Shown one piece after another: positions 10,299 to 20,497 of a DNA stretch of 64,000 bases. The stretch comes from Aquificaceae bacterium (GTDB taxonomy: Bacteria; Aquificota; Aquificia; Aquificales; Aquificaceae): assembly GCA_037925075.1 (NCBI GenBank), contig JAXSNR010000002.1, forward strand, positions 480,001-544,000. The letters run 5' to 3'. A program made the position numbers and the translations under genes. The notes beneath the pieces are model-generated. The model did not search any database. It was given only the letters and a program-made list of their open reading frames with translations, and had not been told where the DNA came from. Position 1 is the stretch's first letter; each line of letters begins with the position of its first letter.

Positions 10299-10631
10299 AT
10301 GAGCATAGTACTTCAGGAGCTGAGAAGTATTGAACAGAAGGTAAAGGCTCACGAGATGGCTCACAAGGTGGTGGGTGGTCAGTATGCAGGTCAGGTAAGC
10401 TACAAATACACAGTGGGTCCACACGGTAAGCTTTACATAACCGGGGAAGAAAAAACTCCAGAAGAAACCATAAGAAAAATGCAGGTGGTGCGTGCTACCG
10501 CCCTTGTACCCATGGACCCTTCTCCACAAGATTACAGGGTTGCGTCAATAGCCACCATGAAGGAAATGAAAGCAAGGATGGAGCTGTATGGCAAGAATGG
10601 GCAAACTCCGCTTTTGGACGTAAAGGTATAA
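10299..10631 (+). CDS. SprA-related (HExxH) family protein, probably degenerate
   Basis: VKAHEMAH, YTVGP.GKLY, TPEETIRK, DPSPQDYRVA; the usual GGEVxID block appears to be missing. Confidence 0.6.
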   Translation: MSIVLQELRSIEQKVKAHEMAHKVVGGQYAGQVSYKYTVGPHGKLYITGEEKTPEETIRKMQVVRATALVPMDPSPQDYRVASIATMKEMKARMELYGKNGQTPLLDVKV

Positions 10632-10653
10632 CAAGCTAAGTTATAATAGCTTT

Positions 10654-11835
10654 ATGCTTGCAAAAAGGGTATCTCACATAAAGCCAGCACCAACTCTTGC
10701 CCTTACCGCAAAGGTAAATCAACTAAAAGCTCAAGGTGTAGATATAATAGGCTTTGGTGCGGGAGAGCCAGACTTTGACACTCCAGAGTTTATAAAAGAG
10801 GCATGCGTTAGGGCTTTAAAGGAAGGTAAAACCAAATATGCACCTTCTGCGGGCGTTCCTCCACTCAGAGAAGCCCTTGCGGAGAAGCTCTACAGGGAAA
10901 ACAAGGTGGAATACAAGCCCTCAGAGATAGTGATTACAGCGGGTGCTAAGATGGCTCTGTTTCTTGTTATGCTTGCGGTTTTGGAGGAGGGAGATGAGGT
11001 ACTTCTTCCCACCCCCTACTGGGTAACCTACCCAGAACATATAATGCTATGCGGTGCAAAGGTGGTGCAGGTGCCACTAAAAGAGGAAGAGGGCTTTATT
11101 CTTAAGGCTGAGCTTCTAAAGGAATACATAACCCCAAGGACAAAGATGTTAATACTAAACTCTCCCTCAAACCCCACGGGTGCGGTGGTACCGGAGGAAG
11201 AACAAAAGAAGATAGCGGAGCTTTGCCTTGAAAACAAAATCCTTATAGTCTCCGATGAATGCTACGAGGCTTTTCTTTACGACGGAGAAAATTTTGTAAG
11301 CCCCGCAAGCTTTTCAAAGGAGATAAGAGAGATAACCTTTACCGTAAATGCCTTTTCAAAAACCTACTCTATGACAGGTTGGAGGGTGGGCTATGTAGCC
11401 TGTCCAGAAAGGTACGCCAAGGTAATAGCGGACCTCAACAGTCAGAGCATATCCAACGCCACCACCTTTGCCCAGTATGGAGCCTTAGAAGCCCTAAAAA
11501 ATCCAGAAGCAAAAACCTTTGTAGAAACCATGAAAGGAGCCTTTGAGAAAAGAAGAGACATAGCATACAATCTTTTAAAAGAAATACCCTATGTAAGCGT
11601 TGTAAAACCAAAGGGAGCTTTTTACATTTTCCCAAACCTAAAACACTACTCACAAAAGCTTGGCTCAGACCTAAAGCTTGCGGACTACCTTATAGAAAAG
11701 GGAAGGGTTGCAGGTGTGCCGGGTTCCGCCTTTGGCACGGAAGGATACCTAAGACTGTCCTACTGCGTCTCTGAAGATACTATTCAAGAGGGCATAGAAA
11801 GGATAAAGAGGGCACTTCTTGAGCTGGAAGGTTAA
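10654..11835 (+). CDS. aspC: Aspartate aminotransferase (class I PLP)
   Basis: GEPDF, NSPSNPTG, SDECY, FSKTYSMTGWRVG. Confidence 0.92.
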   Translation: MLAKRVSHIKPAPTLALTAKVNQLKAQGVDIIGFGAGEPDFDTPEFIKEACVRALKEGKTKYAPSAGVPPLREALAEKLYRENKVEYKPSEIVITAGAKMALFLVMLAVLEEGDEVLLPTPYWVTYPEHIMLCGAKVVQVPLKEEEGFILKAELLKEYITPRTKMLILNSPSNPTGAVVPEEEQKKIAELCLENKILIVSDECYEAFLYDGENFVSPASFSKEIREITFTVNAFSKTYSMTGWRVGYVACPERYAKVIADLNSQSISNATTFAQYGALEALKNPEAKTFVETMKGAFEKRRDIAYNLLKEIPYVSVVKPKGAFYIFPNLKHYSQKLGSDLKLADYLIEKGRVAGVPGSAFGTEGYLRLSYCVSEDTIQEGIERIKRALLELEG

Positions 11836-11850
11836 GCTATAATTAATTTC

Positions 11851-12393
11851 ATGGAGGAAAAGGAAAAGAAGGAAGTTTTAGAGGAAAAGCCCATAGAAGA
11901 AGACCCTCGGGATATAAGAATAAGAGAATTAGAGGAGAAGGTTTCAAAGCTTGAAAACACTGCAAAGGTTATAAACCAGAGATATGTGGACCTACAGAGG
12001 GAAACAGAGTACCTAAGGGAAAGGTACAGAAGGGACCTCGAAGAGGCTAAAAAATACGGGCACGAAAAGCTTGCCTTTGACCTTCTTGAGGTGGTGGATA
12101 ACTTTGAGAGGGCTTTTAATTACGAAGGCACAGACCTTGAGGGCTTTAAGAAGGGCTTTGAGCTTATATACAAGGAGCTTTTGAGAATATTGGAAAAGTA
12201 CGGAGTAAGGGAAATGGAGCTATTAGGTAAGGAGTTTGACCCATACCTTGCGGAAGCGGTGGACAGAGAATACACGCAGGATGTACCTCAAAACGTGGTT
12301 ATCAGAGTGGAGAGAAAAGGCTATTGGATACACGACAAGGTGCTAAGACCTGCCAAGGTGATAGTATCTTACTGGGAAGAGGATATAACCTGA
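11851..12393 (+). CDS. grpE: Nucleotide exchange factor GrpE
   Basis: LLEVVDNFERA, FDPYLAEAV, KGY....VLRPAKV. Confidence 0.95.
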   Translation: MEEKEKKEVLEEKPIEEDPRDIRIRELEEKVSKLENTAKVINQRYVDLQRETEYLRERYRRDLEEAKKYGHEKLAFDLLEVVDNFERAFNYEGTDLEGFKKGFELIYKELLRILEKYGVREMELLGKEFDPYLAEAVDREYTQDVPQNVVIRVERKGYWIHDKVLRPAKVIVSYWEEDIT

Positions 12394-12584
12394 TGGAGAT
12401 CCGCTTTAAAGATTTCCATCGTAAAATGACGCCCTTCAAAGACGAGAGCATGGAACAGCTCTTAGAAGAGCAAGTAAACCAGTGGATAAAACTCAACAAA
12501 CCAAAAATAATAAACGTGGAGACCCTCTGGGAAAGGAATTCCCATGTCTCCGGGGGCATAAGGATATGGTATATTCAGGAATAA
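12393..12584 (+). CDS. Small hypothetical protein (63 aa)
   Basis: ATG overlaps grpE stop (TGATG); globular-looking sequence with NQWI..INVET..IRIWY. Confidence 0.65.
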   Translation: MEIRFKDFHRKMTPFKDESMEQLLEEQVNQWIKLNKPKIINVETLWERNSHVSGGIRIWYIQE

Positions 12585-13078
12585 AAAGGAGAGCTTGCAT
12601 ATTTATAGATGGAGCAAACTTCTACTTTGTTCAAAAGGATATACTTCATCAGAGGATTGACCTTGTAAAACTTGTGAGCTACTTTAGGGCGGAGTTTGAC
12701 GTATACAACACCTTTTTCTATCTTGCCTACAGAGAAGGAGATGAAAAACAGGAGAATTTCATCAAACTGCTCGCCTTTAGCGGTATAACTGTGGTAAAAA
12801 AACCCATAAAACAGCTCAAGGATGGAACTTATAAGGGCGACTTGGATGTGAACCTTACCATAGATGCCCTGCTTACCAAAGATAACTACCATACCGCCAT
12901 CCTTTGCAGGGGGGATGGAGATTTTGAAAAGCTTGCATGGACTCTCAGACACTTTGGGAAGGAGATCATCTGTCTTTCTGTTAGGGAAGCCACCGCGGTG
13001 GAGCTTGTAAATGCTTGTGATAGGTACATAGACCTCAGAGACCTTTTGCCCTTGGTGAAGTTAGAAGAAAAGGAATGA
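12566..13078 (+). CDS. NYN domain (LabA/DUF88, PIN-like) nuclease
   Basis: IFIDGAN, KG.LDV...D, GDGDF, EL.NACDRYIDL. Confidence 0.88.
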   Translation: MVYSGIKRRACIFIDGANFYFVQKDILHQRIDLVKLVSYFRAEFDVYNTFFYLAYREGDEKQENFIKLLAFSGITVVKKPIKQLKDGTYKGDLDVNLTIDALLTKDNYHTAILCRGDGDFEKLAWTLRHFGKEIICLSVREATAVELVNACDRYIDLRDLLPLVKLEEKE

Positions 13079-14007
13079 GGTTTTTGGTGGTGGGCGTTGG
13101 AGCCCTTGGAAGCACGTACCTTGCCTTTTTGAGTAGGGCAGGCCACAGGGCGGTTGGGCTTCTTAAAAGGGGCAGGGAGCTAAAAAGCGTACGGGTAGAA
13201 GGCATATGGGGTGAGTTTGAACAGGAAGTGGAAGCCATAGACACCTTGGACAACCTCGACTTTGAACCAGACCTGACCATACTGACAGTAAAAAGCTACG
13301 ATACAGACCAAGCCCTAAAGGACATAGAAAAGCTAAAAGACACAAAAAGCCTCCTTATGGTGGCACAAAACGGTTATGGAAACTACGAAAAGGCTTTAAA
13401 AGTCTTTGGTAAGGGTAGGGTAATTCTTGCAAGGGTCATATTTGGTGCGGAGCTTTTGGAGTGGGGAAGGGTAAAGATTACCGTCTGCGGTGATGATGTG
13501 GTGATAGGAGACCCAGAGGCTAATATAGAAGAGGGCTTTTTAAAGGATCTTGCAAAGACCTTTTCTCTTGCGGGCATACCCACAAGGTACGAAAGGGAGG
13601 TGTATAAGTACCTTTGGGATAAGATTCTTTATAACTGTGCCCTGAACCCTCTTGGAGCCCTCTTTGAAACCACATACGGTGAGCTTGCCAAAAATCCACA
13701 CACGAAAAAGCTTATGGACCAGATATTACAAGAAGCCTTTGAGGTCATAAGGGCTAACTCCATACCCACCTTCTGGAATAAGGTAGAAGACTACAAAAGG
13801 CACTTTTACGAAAGGCTTGTTCCACCAACCGCAGACCATTACCCTTCCATGCTAAAGGATGTAAAAAGGGGAAAAACGGAGATAGACGCCTTGAACGGTG
13901 CCCTTGTTGAGCTTGGAAGGTTAAAGAACATGGAGCTTCCGGTGAACACTTTGGTGGTAAGCCTTATAAAGGCTAAGGAGTTTTTTAATCAACCTTCAGG
14001 ACTGTAA
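13075..14007 (+). CDS. panE: 2-dehydropantoate 2-reductase
   Basis: VGVGALG, VKSYD, QNG, W.K..NCALN, SML.D...KTEIDALNG. Confidence 0.93.
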   Translation: MRFLVVGVGALGSTYLAFLSRAGHRAVGLLKRGRELKSVRVEGIWGEFEQEVEAIDTLDNLDFEPDLTILTVKSYDTDQALKDIEKLKDTKSLLMVAQNGYGNYEKALKVFGKGRVILARVIFGAELLEWGRVKITVCGDDVVIGDPEANIEEGFLKDLAKTFSLAGIPTRYEREVYKYLWDKILYNCALNPLGALFETTYGELAKNPHTKKLMDQILQEAFEVIRANSIPTFWNKVEDYKRHFYERLVPPTADHYPSMLKDVKRGKTEIDALNGALVELGRLKNMELPVNTLVVSLIKAKEFFNQPSGL

Positions 14008-15778
14008 GAAAAGCCTCCTGAGGAAGCTCCACCCTTCCAAACTGCTTTAGCCTCTTTTTGCCTTCCTTTTGCTTTTCAAGGAGCTTTTTCTTTCTTGTTA
14101 TGTCCCCACCGTAGCATTTGGCGGTCACGTTTGCCCTTAAGGGTGGGATTCTCTCCGAGGCTATTATCTTGGTTCCTATACCTGCTTGAACCTTTACCTC
14201 AAAAAGCTGGCGTGGTATGACCTCCTTTAGTTTCTCCACAAGCTGGCGTGCCCTTCTGTATGCCTTGTCCCTATGGACTATAAAAGAAAGGGCATCAACG
14301 GGCTCGTTGTTTATGAAGATATTTAGCCTCACAAGGTCCTCTTCCCTAAAGCCTATAAATTCGTAATCGTAGGAGGCATAGCCACGGGAAACTCCCTTTA
14401 TCTTGTCATGAAAGTCCATGATCACCTCACTCAGAGGCATTTCATACTCAAGCATAACCGTGTTTGGGTCAAGGTAGATGAATTTTTTCTGAATTCCCCT
14501 TTTTTCTTGGCAAAGGTTCATTATACTTCCCACGTAGTCCTTAGGTGTTATTATGGTAAGAAGCACAAAGGGCTCTTCAATAGAATCTATCAAACCCCAG
14601 TTTTCGGGAAGCTCTGACGGGTTTCTGATTTCCTTTACCTGACCGTTTTTGAACCTTACTCTGTAAACAACGCTTGGTGCGGTGGTGACTATACTTACTC
14701 CGTACTCCCTTTCAAGTCTTTCTTGAACTATCTCCATGTGAAGAAGCCCCAAAAAGCCGACCCTAAAACCAAGACCAAGAGCTGGAGAGGTTTCTGGCTC
14801 AAACTGTATGGCTGCGTCGTTTATGGCGTACTTTTCAAGGGCATCCCTTAGCTCTTCATAGGTGTAGCCTTCAGAGGGGTACATGCCCGCATAAACCATA
14901 GGCTTGGCGGGTCTAAAGCCCGGCACCGGTTCTGGTGTTGGATTTTTTGCATCAGTTATGGTGTCTCCTACCCTTATATCCCTTACGTCCTTAATGGAAG
15001 CGGCAAGGTATCCCACATCTCCCGCGGACAGCTTTTCAAACTTGCTCATCTTTGGAGTTTGAGCTCCCACTTCTGTAACTTCAAACTCTTTACCTGTGGA
15101 GAAAAGCCTTATTCTTGTGCCGGGTTTTACCTCACCGTCAAAGACCCTCACAAAGGCTACCGCACCTCTGTATGGGTCGTAGTAGGAGTCAAAGATAAGA
15201 GCCTTCAAGGGTTTTGATACATCTCCCTTTGGTGGTGGGATCCTTTCTACTATGGCTTCAAGGATTTCTTCAATACCTATACCCTCCTTGGCGGAAGCTA
15301 ATATAACATCCTCCGAGGGTAGCCCCAAAATCTCTTCTATCTGCCTTTTTATCCTTTCTGGATCTGCCGCAGGCAGGTCTATTTTGTTTATTACAGGGAT
15401 TATAACCAAGTCTTGTTCCACAGCCTTCCAGAAATTGGCAACAGTTTGAGCTTGTATGCCTTGAGTTGCATCCACCAAAAGAAGAGCCCCTTCGCATGCG
15501 GCAAGAGCTCTGGATACTTCATAAGAAAAATCCACATGCCCCGGTGTATCTATAAGATGAAGGGTATAGGTTTGTCCATCCTTTGCCTTGTAGAACATCC
15601 TTACCGCCTGTAGCTTTATGGTTATGCCCCTTTCCCTTTCAATCTCAAGGGTATCCAACATCTGCTCCTTCATCTCCCTTCTTGAGACTGCTCCCGTGTA
15701 CTCCAAAAGCCTGTCCGCAAGGGTAGATTTGCCATGGTCCACATGGGCTATTATGGAAAAGTTTCTTATCCTTTCCAT
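13985..15778 (-). CDS. lepA: Elongation factor 4
   Basis: [34 protein letters not shown]. Confidence 0.98.
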   Translation of the reverse strand: MERIRNFSIIAHVDHGKSTLADRLLEYTGAVSRREMKEQMLDTLEIERERGITIKLQAVRMFYKAKDGQTYTLHLIDTPGHVDFSYEVSRALAACEGALLLVDATQGIQAQTVANFWKAVEQDLVIIPVINKIDLPAADPERIKRQIEEILGLPSEDVILASAKEGIGIEEILEAIVERIPPPKGDVSKPLKALIFDSYYDPYRGAVAFVRVFDGEVKPGTRIRLFSTGKEFEVTEVGAQTPKMSKFEKLSAGDVGYLAASIKDVRDIRVGDTITDAKNPTPEPVPGFRPAKPMVYAGMYPSEGYTYEELRDALEKYAINDAAIQFEPETSPALGLGFRVGFLGLLHMEIVQERLEREYGVSIVTTAPSVVYRVRFKNGQVKEIRNPSELPENWGLIDSIEEPFVLLTIITPKDYVGSIMNLCQEKRGIQKKFIYLDPNTVMLEYEMPLSEVIMDFHDKIKGVSRGYASYDYEFIGFREEDLVRLNIFINNEPVDALSFIVHRDKAYRRARQLVEKLKEVIPRQLFEVKVQAGIGTKIIASERIPPLRANVTAKCYGGDITRKKKLLEKQKEGKKRLKQFGRVELPQEAFLTVLKVD

Positions 15779-15838
15779 AGGATTTATATTTTATGCCTGC
15801 TTTGAGCTTTTGCGGTTTATGTATATTCTTAATTCCTA

Positions 15839-15857
15839 ATATAAGCTTTGCTTATAT
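15839..15857. promoter_or_regulatory. Perfect palindrome ATATAAGC-TTT-GCTTATAT, putative transcription-factor site upstream of the sox operon
   Basis: 8 bp perfect inverted repeat containing T-N11-A, about 20 bp upstream of the -35 box. Confidence 0.6.
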
Positions 15858-15876
15858 CCATCATAAAAACTTTCTA

Positions 15877-15905
15877 TTGCAAATAATTCTCAAGTTTCTT
15901 ATACT
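15877..15905 (+). promoter_or_regulatory. Sigma-70 promoter of the sox operon
   Basis: TTGCAA-N17-TATACT. Confidence 0.7.
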
Positions 15906-15916
15906 TTATCACAAGT

Positions 15917-16324
15917 ATGTGGAAGTTATTATTAGGAATAGTTTTGCTCATTTCCATTGGCTTCCCACTTTGGTTTAACAAGGTGTCGGAGGGTTTAGAA
16001 TACGCCCAAAAGGAGAGCAAACCTGTCGCCTTTTACTTTTATAGCAATTACTGTCCCTACTGTGCTCAAATGGAGGAATTTGTCCTCAATCAAGGGGATG
16101 TTCAGCAAAAGTTAGAAAACTTTGTGGTGATAAGCCTCAACATATCCTCTGACGATGGAAGCAAGTGGGCAAGAAAGATAGGAGTTCCGGGTGTTCCCAC
16201 TATGGTTTTTTACGATCCAAAGCAAGAAAAGGTACTTGGAGTATTATTTGGAAGTAGGCCAAAGGGAGAAGTGCTTAGCACCATTCAGAGGATATGCAAG
16301 ATGCAAAACCTTAAGGTATGTTAA
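15917..16324 (+). CDS. Periplasmic thioredoxin-family protein (SoxW/SoxS-like)
   Basis: Signal peptide, CPYC motif, GVPT cis-Pro; first gene of the sox cluster. Confidence 0.8.
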   Translation: MWKLLLGIVLLISIGFPLWFNKVSEGLEYAQKESKPVAFYFYSNYCPYCAQMEEFVLNQGDVQQKLENFVVISLNISSDDGSKWARKIGVPGVPTMVFYDPKQEKVLGVLFGSRPKGEVLSTIQRICKMQNLKVC

Positions 16325-16349
16325 AAAATTTTTTAAGGAGGTATAAACT

Positions 16350-16793
16350 ATGGACAGGAGAAAGTTTCTTGCACTGTCAGCGGTAGCGGCCGTGGGATTA
16401 ACCATTGCCCCAGCACTTCAGCCAGCCTTCGGAGCCACAAAGCTTGAAGAGGAGGTAAGCAAAAGGCTTGGCGTTCAACTCTCCCAGATTAAAGAGGTTG
16501 CGGACATTAAGCTTACCGCTCCAACCATCGCTGAATCAGGAGCCAACGTACCCATCACTGTTGAATCTACCATTCCCATAGACAAGGTGGAACAACTTTG
16601 GATATTTGTTGACAAAAACCCAGTTCCATGGATAGCGGATGTTAAATTCACTCCCATGAATGGTCAGGTCTTTTTCTCCACCAGGATAAAGATGGGAGAA
16701 ACTTCCAATGTAAGGGCTATCCTCAAGCTCAAGGATGGCTCTTATGTTATGGCGACAAAGGAGGTAAAGGTAACCGCGGGTGGATGCGGATAA
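16350..16793 (+). CDS. soxY: Thiosulfate oxidation carrier SoxY
   Basis: Tat signal DRRKFL, AP.IAE.GA.VP, C-terminal VKVTAGGCG. Confidence 0.97.
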   Translation: MDRRKFLALSAVAAVGLTIAPALQPAFGATKLEEEVSKRLGVQLSQIKEVADIKLTAPTIAESGANVPITVESTIPIDKVEQLWIFVDKNPVPWIADVKFTPMNGQVFFSTRIKMGETSNVRAILKLKDGSYVMATKEVKVTAGGCG

Positions 16794-16835
16794 TTCTTTG
16801 GGCTTTCAACAAAAATTCTATACAGGAGGTGTAAT

Positions 16836-17162
16836 ATGGCAGTAGGAGCTGGCATACTTCGTGTGCCAAAGGAGGCAAAGAAGGGAGAGATAGTAAGGGT
16901 GCAGATGGTTATCACTCACCCTATGACACCTGCAAGGAAGGATCCACAGACTGGACAGCAGGTACCAGCCTATAACCTTACAAAGCTTGAACTATTGTTC
17001 AATGACAAGTTGGTGAGCACGGTGAACATGGGAGCGGGTGTAAGTGCCAATCCCTTTATGGCACTCACCCTGAAGGTTGAGGAAAGCGGTGTGGTAAAAA
17101 TTGTCTACGAGGACAATAAAGGTGGTAAGTGGGATAAGACCGCTGAGATAAAGGTTTCATAA
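16836..17162 (+). CDS. soxZ: Sulfur carrier complex protein SoxZ
   Basis: ITHPM...RKD, GVSANP, EDNKG. Confidence 0.95.
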   Translation: MAVGAGILRVPKEAKKGEIVRVQMVITHPMTPARKDPQTGQQVPAYNLTKLELLFNDKLVSTVNMGAGVSANPFMALTLKVEESGVVKIVYEDNKGGKWDKTAEIKVS

Positions 17163-17175
17163 AGGGGGTTAAGCC

Positions 17176-18015
17176 ATGAAGAAAAAGCTTCTTTTTGGTG
17201 TATTTACTTTTGGTGCGTTAACTGGTGGCTTACTATCCACCAAAGCCTTTGCCCAGGTTGAGGGAGAGCTTTCTCCAGAAGAGGAGATGAGGTTAGTCCA
17301 AGAGTTTAACAGGATGCTGGCGGAGGGTATAAATCCCGGTGAGGTCTGGTACGAGGTGGGCAAAGAAGCTATAAAGAAGTACAACCTTGACAAATGCGAC
17401 CTTGGTCTCGGTCCTGGTGTTTTCAAGGGTGCTGCCGCCCAAATGCCAAGGTATTTTGCGGATGCGGGCAAGGTTATGGACCTTGAAACAAGGGTGGGCT
17501 GGTGCTTGCAAAAGCACGCAGGCATGACACAGGAGCAGGTTCTTAAATTCGTTCGCCAATGCTGGGGCAAGTCTGGCAACTGTGTGAGCGAATACGACGG
17601 GATCATCATGTATCTGACCATGGAATCTAACGGTCAAAAAATAAACGTAAACCTCAAGGATCCAAATGTTAAAAGGATGTATGAAATAGGTAAGCAAGTT
17701 TACTACACAAGGCTTGGACCATGGGACTTTAACTGTGCCACATGCCACGCAGGAAAGCAAGAGGTGAGAATAAGGGCAACAAGGCTTTGGAGTGCGGACA
17801 GGCCTGGTGAGGCAGGCAATGCAGTTTCCATATTCCCTAAATATCTGGTCAGATGGGGTATTCCCATGTCCATGCATTATAGGTATGCGGAGTGCATACG
17901 TCAAATGAGATGGCCAGAGTTTATACCCCACTCAGACTTGGGAGTAGCTCTTTCCACATACCTTTACGGTACAGCAAATGGCACTGAGATAAAAGCACCA
18001 GGAATAGGGAGGTGA
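17176..18015 (+). CDS. soxA: Sulfur oxidation c-type cytochrome SoxA (one CxxCH heme site)
   Basis: DLETRV..C, FNCATCH, active-site ECIRQMR. Confidence 0.93.
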   Translation: MKKKLLFGVFTFGALTGGLLSTKAFAQVEGELSPEEEMRLVQEFNRMLAEGINPGEVWYEVGKEAIKKYNLDKCDLGLGPGVFKGAAAQMPRYFADAGKVMDLETRVGWCLQKHAGMTQEQVLKFVRQCWGKSGNCVSEYDGIIMYLTMESNGQKINVNLKDPNVKRMYEIGKQVYYTRLGPWDFNCATCHAGKQEVRIRATRLWSADRPGEAGNAVSIFPKYLVRWGIPMSMHYRYAECIRQMRWPEFIPHSDLGVALSTYLYGTANGTEIKAPGIGR

Positions 18016-18020
18016 TGGCT

Positions 18021-18689
18021 ATGAAAAAGGTTTTAGTTTTTGTTGGTCTTTCTGCTCTTTTAACGAGTGCTGTGGTTGAAGCACAACAAAAAAGACAACA
18101 GCAAGCTCCAGTAAAGCAGGAGGGGGTTATTCAGGTTATAAAATCTGGACTTTCCAACGACCCAAGGTTTGCGTGGAAAATGGAGCAAGATGAGGCTCAA
18201 AGGATATGCTCCCAGTATCCAAGTAGAGAAGCCATGCCTGGACTTGCAATCCAAAAGGTTACACAGTTGAGCCAAGCGGAGATAAGATATCCTCAGTGGG
18301 GAGTATTCTGGGGAGATTGGAAGGAAGGGAAAAAGTTGGTAAATAGCCCAAGGGGTGGAAGGTTTGCAAGTTATGGCTTTTCAGACAAGCCTACAGATAA
18401 GGGTGGGAACTGTTATGCGTGCCACCTCATAGAAAAGGGCGTTCCCGGTGGAACCATGGGACCAAATCTCTACCAGTACGCGAAAAAATGGAATATCACC
18501 AAAGAGAATATGAACTCTCCAGAAGCCGTAGATAGACTAAAAGCGGTATATAACATAGTCTACAATTCTTGGTCAACCTTTCCCTGTTCTTCTATGCCCA
18601 GGTTTGGTTATCATGGAAACCTCTCTCCAGAAGATGTTATGAACATAGTAACATACCTACTTCACCCAGACTCTCCAGTAAACAAGTAA
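18021..18689 (+). CDS. soxX: Sulfur oxidation c-type cytochrome SoxX
   Basis: GGNCYACH, GT.GP.L, S.MPRFG, DSPVNK end; start chosen by SD spacing. Confidence 0.94.
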   Translation: MKKVLVFVGLSALLTSAVVEAQQKRQQQAPVKQEGVIQVIKSGLSNDPRFAWKMEQDEAQRICSQYPSREAMPGLAIQKVTQLSQAEIRYPQWGVFWGDWKEGKKLVNSPRGGRFASYGFSDKPTDKGGNCYACHLIEKGVPGGTMGPNLYQYAKKWNITKENMNSPEAVDRLKAVYNIVYNSWSTFPCSSMPRFGYHGNLSPEDVMNIVTYLLHPDSPVNK

Positions 18690-18696
18690 TCTTAGC

Positions 18697-18713
18697 AGGG
18701 GGCTTTGCCCCCT
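18697..18713 (+). terminator. GC hairpin between soxX and soxB
   Basis: AGGGGGC-TTT-GCCCCCT; no clear U tract, so it may stabilise or attenuate rather than terminate. Confidence 0.55.
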
Positions 18714-18744
18714 ATAATAACCTATAATAATTTTCAGGAGGTTT

Positions 18745-20493
18745 ATGGTAATGAATTTAAGTAGGAGGAAATTTCTTACTTATTCTGGTGCTGTCCTTTC
18801 CGCCTTAGCTTTTTCTCCAGCGTCTATAGCGAAAAGGCCTGTAAGTTTTGAAAAGCTTATGGAATTCAAACCTTACGGAAACCTTACCCTTGTCTTTACC
18901 TCGGATATACACGGACACCTAAAGCCTCTGTATTTTGCAGAACCTATGAATTTGTTGGCTCCAGAGCCTTTAAAGGGAACACCGGGTTATCTTGCTGGAA
19001 TGGACTTTCTTAGATACTACAACATAAAGCCCGGTTCTGTGGAAGCTTATACAGGCTCCTGCGTAGGCTTTATAAGACTTGCAAAGCTTTACGGTATGAC
19101 AGGCGGTGCACCTCAGATGGCTACGGTTATAAAGACCATAGTGAATGAAAGGGGTAAAGACAAGTGCCTTGTGTTGGATGGTGGAGATACATGGGTTACT
19201 TCTGGGATTACGGTAAAGACCGATGGCATGGCGGTTGTGGATTGGCTCAATTATGTGGGCTACGATTACATAGTGGGGCACTGGGACTTTACGGTAGGTA
19301 AAGAGAAGTTCCTTGACATAGTAAAAAACAAGCTAAAAGCCAAGTTTATCTCTTATAACATCACCGAAGAGCCCTTTGGAGAACTTGTTTTTCCTCCTTA
19401 CGATGTGGTGGAGAAAAATGGCGTGAAAATAGGCATAATAGGAAGCTCTTTTCCCTTTACACCTCTTGCGAACCCAAGGGTCTACACAGAAGGCTGGAGC
19501 TTTGGAGTTAGGCCAGAAGAACTTCAAAAATACGTAAAGGAGCTTAGGGAAAAGCACAAGGTGGACCTTGTTATTCTTCTTTCCCACGATGGTCTTCCTC
19601 TTGACATAGCCCTGATGAAAATGGTAAAGGGAATTGACATAGTCATATCTGGGCATACCCACGATATAACACCCGTACCTGTAAAGGTAGGCGATACCCT
19701 TATAGTCTCTCCCGGCTCTCATGGAAAGTTCGTAGGAAGGATGGACTTGGATGTAAGGGACGGAAAACTTCAGGGCTACAGGTTCAAGCTAATACCCGTA
19801 CTTTCTGAGGTAGTGCCAGAGGACAAGGGAGCCAAAGAGCTTGTCAAAAAATGGTATGCACCCTACGAGAAGGAATTTAACACGGTTATAGGTACCGCTC
19901 ATACGCTTCTGTATAAGAGAGACACAGTTTTTAGCACATGGGACAGACTCATAGGCGAAGCCCTTGCGGACTATTATCATGGTGTGGATGCGGTTATGTC
20001 GCTGGATGTGGCTACATCTCCGGGCTTCAGATGGGGCACAACGGTTCTTCCGGGACAGAAGATAACCGTGGAACATGTTTATGATGTGCTTGGAATGACT
20101 TATCCGGAAGTGTTTATCCTTAAGAGAAAGGGAAGAGACCTCCTTGCACTGTGGGAGGATGTGGCGGACAATGTGTTTAATCCAAATCCTCTGTACCAAC
20201 AGGGTGGAGACATGTCAAGGATATACGGTGTGGAATACGAGCTGAAGATAAACGCAAAACAAGGCGAAAGAATAAGAAACGTAAGGATAAAGGGCAAGCC
20301 CTTAGAGATGGACAAAGAGTACTTGGTTGCAGTCTACGGAGGACCACCACCCATGGGAGTCCAACCGGAGAAGAAAAACATAAGGGATATAGTCATAGAC
20401 TACATAAGGAAGAAGAAAGACATCCATGTTGATAGGAAGCCCAACGTTAAGGTTTTAGACCATCCTTACAATACGGAATGCTACTGGAGGTGA
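18745..20493 (+). CDS. soxB: Thiosulfohydrolase SoxB
   Basis: Tat signal SRRKFL, SDIHG, DGGDTW, GHWDF, LSHDG, SGHTHD, GFRWGT, NP.YQQGGDM. Confidence 0.96.
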   Translation: MVMNLSRRKFLTYSGAVLSALAFSPASIAKRPVSFEKLMEFKPYGNLTLVFTSDIHGHLKPLYFAEPMNLLAPEPLKGTPGYLAGMDFLRYYNIKPGSVEAYTGSCVGFIRLAKLYGMTGGAPQMATVIKTIVNERGKDKCLVLDGGDTWVTSGITVKTDGMAVVDWLNYVGYDYIVGHWDFTVGKEKFLDIVKNKLKAKFISYNITEEPFGELVFPPYDVVEKNGVKIGIIGSSFPFTPLANPRVYTEGWSFGVRPEELQKYVKELREKHKVDLVILLSHDGLPLDIALMKMVKGIDIVISGHTHDITPVPVKVGDTLIVSPGSHGKFVGRMDLDVRDGKLQGYRFKLIPVLSEVVPEDKGAKELVKKWYAPYEKEFNTVIGTAHTLLYKRDTVFSTWDRLIGEALADYYHGVDAVMSLDVATSPGFRWGTTVLPGQKITVEHVYDVLGMTYPEVFILKRKGRDLLALWEDVADNVFNPNPLYQQGGDMSRIYGVEYELKINAKQGERIRNVRIKGKPLEMDKEYLVAVYGGPPPMGVQPEKKNIRDIVIDYIRKKKDIHVDRKPNVKVLDHPYNTECYWR

Positions 20494-20497
20494 GGCC

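Noticed and set aside
17293..17931. 212-aa antisense ORF within soxA (also 52480-53040, 2511-2957, and same-strand 50501-51046)
   Set aside because: Shadow frames over well-conserved genes, with no motifs or plausible initiation signals
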